This document shows positions 59,504 through 64,000 of a DNA stretch of 64,000 nt, piece after piece (within the stretch, counting starts at the first letter, position 1; every line of letters starts with the position of its first letter). Position numbers and translations under genes: made by a program. This DNA is from Candidatus Latescibacterota bacterium (lineage in GTDB: Bacteria > Latescibacterota > UBA2968). The notes below the pieces were generated by a model. That model had not been told where the DNA came from, ran no database searches, and worked only from the letters and a program-made list of their open reading frames with translations. The stretch spans positions 1,216,001-1,280,000 of the forward strand of contig OZ240241.1 in assembly GCA_965198115.1 (NCBI GenBank), written 5' to 3'.

Positions 59504-60177
59504 GTTCCGTCCACCTCTGATTGAATGTTGACTTTGCCGTCGAACACGCACACGCGGCCGGTCGCGAACAACTTCACGACGGCTGGAAAGAAGGTGTGCT
59601 CGACACGTAGGATGCGTGCAGCGAGCGTCTCTGCCGTATCCCCCTGCTCGACGGGCACCGTCTCCTGTGCGACGATCGGTCCGTGGTCGTAGTGTTCGTC
59701 GACCAGATGCACGGTCACCCCACTCTCGCTGGCACCCGACGCGAGCACGGCCTCGTGAACCGCGAGACCGTACATTCCCTGCCCTCCGAACGCAGGCAAC
59801 AACGCGGGGTGCACGTTGAGGATGCGGTCCTGGTAGGTCTCTAGGGTTCGCGGTCCGAGCTTTTTCATGTAGCCGGCGAGCAGGACGAGATCGACACGAT
59901 GCTCGACAAGCGTAGCCCGAATGGCTGCATCGAGATCGTGGGGGCTCGGGTGGGTTCGTCCGCTCAGGTGGGCCCACGCGATTCCGTGGGCCTTCGCACG
60001 CTGGAGCGCTCCGGACCCGCTGTTGTTGCTGATGACGACGGCTACTTCAGCCGGCAACTCACCGGACAGAGATCGAGACAGGACAGCCTGGAAGTTCGTC
60101 CCACCCCCTGAGGCAAGGACACCGAGTCGATAGGAACCGGAGGATACCGAACTCTGCTTGGGGCCCTGCTCAACCAA
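59500..60177 (-). CDS. purN: Phosphoribosylglycinamide formyltransferase
   Basis: VLASGGGTNFQA, LAGYMK, NVHPALLP, GVTVHLVD..YDHGP. Start approximate. Confidence 0.95.
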   Translation of the reverse strand: MVEQGPKQSSVSSGSYRLGVLASGGGTNFQAVLSRSLSGELPAEVAVVISNNSGSGALQRAKAHGIAWAHLSGRTHPSPHDLDAAIRATLVEHRVDLVLLAGYMKKLGPRTLETYQDRILNVHPALLPAFGGQGMYGLAVHEAVLASGASESGVTVHLVDEHYDHGPIVAQETVPVEQGDTAETLAARILRVEHTFFPAVVKLFATGRVCVFDGKVNIQSEVDGT

Positions 60178-60386
60178 GAGCGAAGCCCGGGGGAATGCGA
60201 AGGAAAAAGCAGGCGGGGGGAGCGGCAAAAACACCCGTAGACGGCTGAATCATAGGATCTTACACCGACAAAGTCAAGGAAACCCCCAAGGTGGCGCACC
60301 CTCAGAACCCGCGACTATCGTCTTGACAGCTACGTGTTGAAGCCTGCTTATTCCGCCCGACGTTGCGATTCATCACGGAGGTCCGT

Positions 60387-61253
60387 TTGTAGATCAGAAA
60401 AGCGGTTATCCCGGCCGCGGGTCACGGAAGCCGGATGTTACCCGTCACGAAGGCTCTTCCTAAAGAAATGATGCCGATCGTGGACAAGCCCGCGATTCAG
60501 TACATCATCGAAGAGATCGTCGACGCGGGTATCGAGGACATCCTCATCATAACCGGACGCGGAAAGCGCGCAATCGAGGATCACTTCGATCGGAATGTAG
60601 AACTCCAAACCGCGCTCGAGGAACGCGAAAACCGACCGATGCTCGAAACGCTCGAGCGAATCGAGCAACTGGCCGATATCCACTACGTGCGGCAGAAGGA
60701 CACACTCGGAACCGGCCACGCCATTCTCAAAGCCAAAAAGCACATCGGTGACGAGCCGTTCGCCGTCCTGTTTGGCGACGACCTGGTCGTCTCACCCAAG
60801 CCCTGCATCGGCCAGCTGATGGAACAGTATGCCCGATACAGCGCGTCGATCCTAGCCGTCAAGGAAGTTCCGGAAGACACCGTGAGCAACTACGGGGTCA
60901 TATCTCCAAAGGAGATCAACGACGTGTTCCTGGTCGAGGGGCTGGTCGAAAAACCGACGCCTTCCGAGGCCCCTTCCCGACTGGCCACGCTCGGCCGCTA
61001 TGTGTTCGAGCCTGAAATCTTCGAATACCTCGAACGCATCGAACCTGCCGCCAACGGTGAATTTCAGCTGACCGACGCGATCGAGATGATGATTCAGTCC
61101 AAGGCGGTCTACGCGTGCGCTATCGACGGGGAGTGGCACACCGTCGGAGATCTGCTTTCCTACCTGAAGACGACGCTCGCGTTCGCCACGCGTCACGATC
61201 GAATTGGGGAAGATTTCAAGGCCTACCTGGACTCCGGGCTGGATTTCGGCTGA
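60387..61253 (+). CDS. galU: UTP--glucose-1-phosphate uridylyltransferase; in-frame TAG at codon 2
   Basis: GGAGG-N5-TTG TAG ATC AGA AAA GCG GTT ATC CCG GCC GCG GGT, giving IRKAVIPAAG..SRMLPVTKALPKEM; also LGTGHA, VEKP, GEFQLTDA. Confidence 0.93.
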
Positions 61254-61277
61254 ACCCCTCTATCGTCCCGACTCTAG

Positions 61278-61448
61278 CTATGTCGCCTGCGGCGCCATCA
61301 GGTGACAGATGACGATCAAGAGACAGGCGATCAACCAGCACCCCCATTGGAGCATCTTTCCACGGGGGCCTTCGATTCGGGTCCCCAGCATCGTCCCGGC
61401 ATAGCACGCCAGAAAAACGATCGAGACCAAAGCACCCACCAACGTCAT
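61278..61448 (-). CDS. Small two-TM membrane protein (about 56 aa), with probable frameshift in a G run
   Basis: GGGAGG RBS, then MTLVGALVSIVFLACYAGTMLGTRIEGPRGKMLQWG. One extra G continues the frame as CWLIACLLIVICHLMAPQAT*. Confidence 0.5.
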   Translation of the reverse strand: MTLVGALVSIVFLACYAGTMLGTRIEGPRGKMLQWGCWLIACLLIVICHLMAPQAT

Positions 61449-61459
61449 CCTGCCCCTCC

Positions 61460-62086
61460 CTATTCACACCGATGCGGGGTTCCCGTCATCGGCACGAACC
61501 GGACGGGCATCACTTCCCTCTGCGAGATTCCTTCGGACCCCTTGTCGACGACGACGAGCATCTGATCTCCGACCCCGATCGGCACGACCAGTCGACCGCC
61601 CGACCCCAGTTGCTCGACGAGCGCCTGAGGCACACGCCCGGGGGCGGCCGTGCCGATCGCCCGGTTGAACGGGGCTGCCTCCCCCCAGCCGGCGTGGCCG
61701 TCTCCGATGCGCACACTGATGTTTTCGTAGCCCATTCCGTCGAGTCTCGACTTCGCCAGACGGCCCAGGTCGGGCAAGACCTCCAACGTGTAGACGTGTC
61801 GCGCGAGCTCCGCGAGAACGGCAGTCTGGTATCCCGACCCGGTTCCGACTTCCAAAACGGTATCCATCGGTTGCACACCCAACAGCTCGGTCATCCGTGC
61901 GACGATGTAGGGTTGCGAGATCGTCTGACCGTTGCCGATCGGCAGGGCGCGATCGTCGAGGGCTTGTGCCCGCCACACATCGGGAACGAACACTTCTCTG
62001 GGCACTCTTAGTAGCGCCTCCAGCACGCGTTCGTCCCGAACACCACGTGATTCGATCTGCTCTTCCACCATCCTCTGGATGGTCAT
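61460..62086 (-). CDS. pcm: Protein-L-isoaspartate O-methyltransferase
   Basis: VPREVFVP, GQTISQPYIV, LEVGTGSGYQTAVLA, VRFVPM. Confidence 0.95.
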   Translation of the reverse strand: MTIQRMVEEQIESRGVRDERVLEALLRVPREVFVPDVWRAQALDDRALPIGNGQTISQPYIVARMTELLGVQPMDTVLEVGTGSGYQTAVLAELARHVYTLEVLPDLGRLAKSRLDGMGYENISVRIGDGHAGWGEAAPFNRAIGTAAPGRVPQALVEQLGSGGRLVVPIGVGDQMLVVVDKGSEGISQREVMPVRFVPMTGTPHRCE

Positions 62087-62131
62087 TCTTCACCTATGAC
62101 CGGACGCGTCTCCCGATTGGCGGATATCAAC

Positions 62132-62163
62132 AAAAAGAGGGCCGCCTCGTGGAGGCGACCCTC
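62132..62163 (-). terminator. Intrinsic terminator
   Basis: GAGGGCCGCCTC-GTG-GAGGCGACCCTC hairpin with TTTTT on the minus strand. Confidence 0.75.
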
Positions 62164-62183
62164 AATCTTTCATCTGCCGAAAA

Positions 62184-62993
62184 TCACTTGAGCAGCATCA
62201 TTTTTCGAATGTTGCTGAAGTCGTTGGCCGTCATCCGGTAGACGTAGAGGCCACTGGCGACTTGCCTGCCGAGCTCATCGGAGCCGTCCCAAAGGACGTT
62301 GTGGAAACCGGCTTCCATATTCTGATCGACGAGTGTTCGAACTTCCTGGCCGAGCAGATTGTAGATCACGAGCTTGACGCGACCCGCGTCTGGAATCTGA
62401 TAGTTGATTGTCGTCGCCGGGTTGAACGGATTAGGCATGTTCTGGTTCAGACCGTATTCCTGTGGGCGAAGGTCGAGATTGCCGACTTCGACGTTCGTCA
62501 GTTGGTCGACGCTACCGGCCAGATCGACAAGCACGCCTTCGAGAACCTGGAAATCGGTCGGAACGGGTGAGTCCTGCGAGCGGAACACGAATTCGACCAG
62601 GTCGCCCGAACCGTCGGCGCTCTGACCGTTGATGTTCATCGATCCGACGACCACTTCGCCCGGCGTCTTGTTGGACGCCACGAACAGGGTGGTCTCACCG
62701 TCGGTCCCTGTAAGCAGACCATCTACAACCTGTTTGGCTTCGATGAATTCATACCGGGATGCGTCGAACTGGACCGTAAATCCATAGCCTTTGAGGTTCT
62801 TGGCCTCATCGACATTCATCCGGAGGCGAATCAGACCATCCTCTTCTCCATTGTCGAAGCGCTGTAGTTCAACCTGGGCAAACGCATTCTCCCCACCGGT
62901 GATTTCGAGTCCTTTGGTGAGGGTACCTGCAAAGGCAGAGCCTGCCAGACAGAGCGACAGGCACGCGATGTAGATTGTGACTTTCCTGGCCAC
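62184..62993 (-). CDS. Secreted cohesin-like domain protein with FlgD-Ig/T9SS-like C-terminal domain
   Basis: Signal peptide; NLKGYGFTVQFD..RYEF...GSGDLVEFVF (cohesin-like); QNMPNPFNPATTI...IYNLLGQEVRTLV...WDG..G.QVASGLY...RKMMLLK. Confidence 0.8.
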   Translation of the reverse strand: MARKVTIYIACLSLCLAGSAFAGTLTKGLEITGGENAFAQVELQRFDNGEEDGLIRLRMNVDEAKNLKGYGFTVQFDASRYEFIEAKQVVDGLLTGTDGETTLFVASNKTPGEVVVGSMNINGQSADGSGDLVEFVFRSQDSPVPTDFQVLEGVLVDLAGSVDQLTNVEVGNLDLRPQEYGLNQNMPNPFNPATTINYQIPDAGRVKLVIYNLLGQEVRTLVDQNMEAGFHNVLWDGSDELGRQVASGLYVYRMTANDFSNIRKMMLLK

Positions 62994-63124
62994 ACTGCAC
63001 CTCCTGTGGGTGGTAACTCCGACCAAGCGGACGGATGGGATGAACCCTCTTTACTCACTATCGACGAATTTTCCCGACCGTTCATGAAAACTTACGGCCC
63101 TCACCCCTCCCTGTCAACCTGTTT

Positions 63125-64000
63125 TTAGCGACCCGGCGCCTTGTCTATCTGATTGTAATACTTGTGGATAGCTCCGATTAGACCGTCGATACTGATGTCG
63201 TTCTCGGGCGCCTCTACAACCACGCTGAAACCACATTCCCGAGCGGTCGCCGTGGTCGTGGGACCGATGCTGGCAGCCACAGTTTGTGCCCGCACCCTCT
63301 CCAGCAGTTTCCGATCCAGCAGATCGTGGAAATGGCGCGCCGTCGAAGAACTGGTGAAAGTCACCATATCGACCGTTCCGGCCGACAATCGCTCGAGCGC
63401 GACGGGTGACACCGTCTCCGGTTTGACCGTTCTGTAGACCACCACTTCCTCGACCGCCACCCCGGCCGAGCGCAGTAGCTCGGGCGCTTCGCTTCTTGCC
63501 ACCTCAGGCCGTGGAATCAGAATTCGCTGCGCTTCGACGCCCGGCAGGCCGGCCAACGACGCCCCGAGTCCGCCAGCGACGTGATGGTCTGGCACCAGGT
63601 CCACGTCCAGCCCGTATTCGCCCACGGTTTTCGCCGTCGAAGGCCCGATCGCAGCAATCTTCACGCATCCGATTTTCCGTATGTCACCCAGCCGGATCAG
63701 CACGCGATCCAGGAACCGACGCACCCCGTTCGGACTGGCGAACAACAGCCACGAGAACGTCTTAATTCGATCGATGGCGTTGTCGGCCGGGCCCCAATCA
63801 ATCGGATCGACAACTTCGATTGTCGGTAGCTCGAGCACCTCGGCACCACGATCCCGAAGGGCTTTGACAAGCACGCTCGATTGTTCGCGAGTGCGGGTAA
63901 CGACGATCGTTTTTCCAGTCAGCGCCTTCTCTTCGAGCCAGGCCAGATCGAACGCCGCCACCTGGCCAATCACGATCACCGCAGGATTCTGAACGTCGAG
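63125..64000 (-). CDS. hemD: Uroporphyrinogen-III synthase, C-terminal part of a probable CobA-HemD fusion (partial)
   Basis: NPAVIVIGQV (methyltransferase end), then GKTIVVTRTREQ, FASPNGV, AIGPSTA, FTSSST, SIGPTT. Confidence 0.88.
   Translation of the reverse strand, partial: LDVQNPAVIVIGQVAAFDLAWLEEKALTGKTIVVTRTREQSSVLVKALRDRGAEVLELPTIEVVDPIDWGPADNAIDRIKTFSWLLFASPNGVRRFLDRVLIRLGDIRKIGCVKIAAIGPSTAKTVGEYGLDVDLVPDHHVAGGLGASLAGLPGVEAQRILIPRPEVARSEAPELLRSAGVAVEEVVVYRTVKPETVSPVALERLSAGTVDMVTFTSSSTARHFHDLLDRKLLERVRAQTVAASIGPTTTATARECGFSVVVEAPENDISIDGLIGAIHKYYNQIDKAPGR

Noticed and set aside
58628-59977. 449-aa PurC with long N-terminus, or a PurN-PurC fusion
   Set aside because: The extension is off-frame within purN; the genes are separate with a GTGA overlap at 59500-59503.

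Overview
GC-rich bacterial chromosomal window, densely coding and mostly on the minus strand. The FlgD/T9SS-like C-terminal sorting domain, dockerin/EF-hand tail and DUF5916 barrel point to an FCB-group lineage such as Latescibacteria-like bacteria; this is inference. Housekeeping genes: hprK, hpf, map, pyk, clpB, DnaJ/CbpA, Hsp20, tamAB, asd, mreBC, purCN, galU, pcm, hemD. Accessory loci: (1) a glycogen-synthase-like/GalT/lipoprotein/OM-barrel operon; (2) a metal-uptake-like operon flanked by two DtxR regulators (di-heme DHOR lipoprotein, Tat Rieske protein, porin, TroA-type binding protein, secreted metalloprotease) with a palindromic operator; (3) a sugar-acid catabolic cluster; (4) a SWIM-CBS / GAF-PepSY-TM / c-type cytochrome trio; (5) a broken hybrid histidine kinase followed by complete IS256 and ISL3 elements, each with IRs and 8-bp target duplications. 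Regulatory and small elements read directly from the DNA: a lysine riboswitch before asd, two sigma54 promoters (hsp20, with IHF site and enhancer palindromes; an orphan flgC), a 24-bp tandem repeat and several small ORFs missing from the ORF track. At least five genes carry single-base deletions, probably long-read errors. All family assignments come from motif recognition by eye, not database searches.
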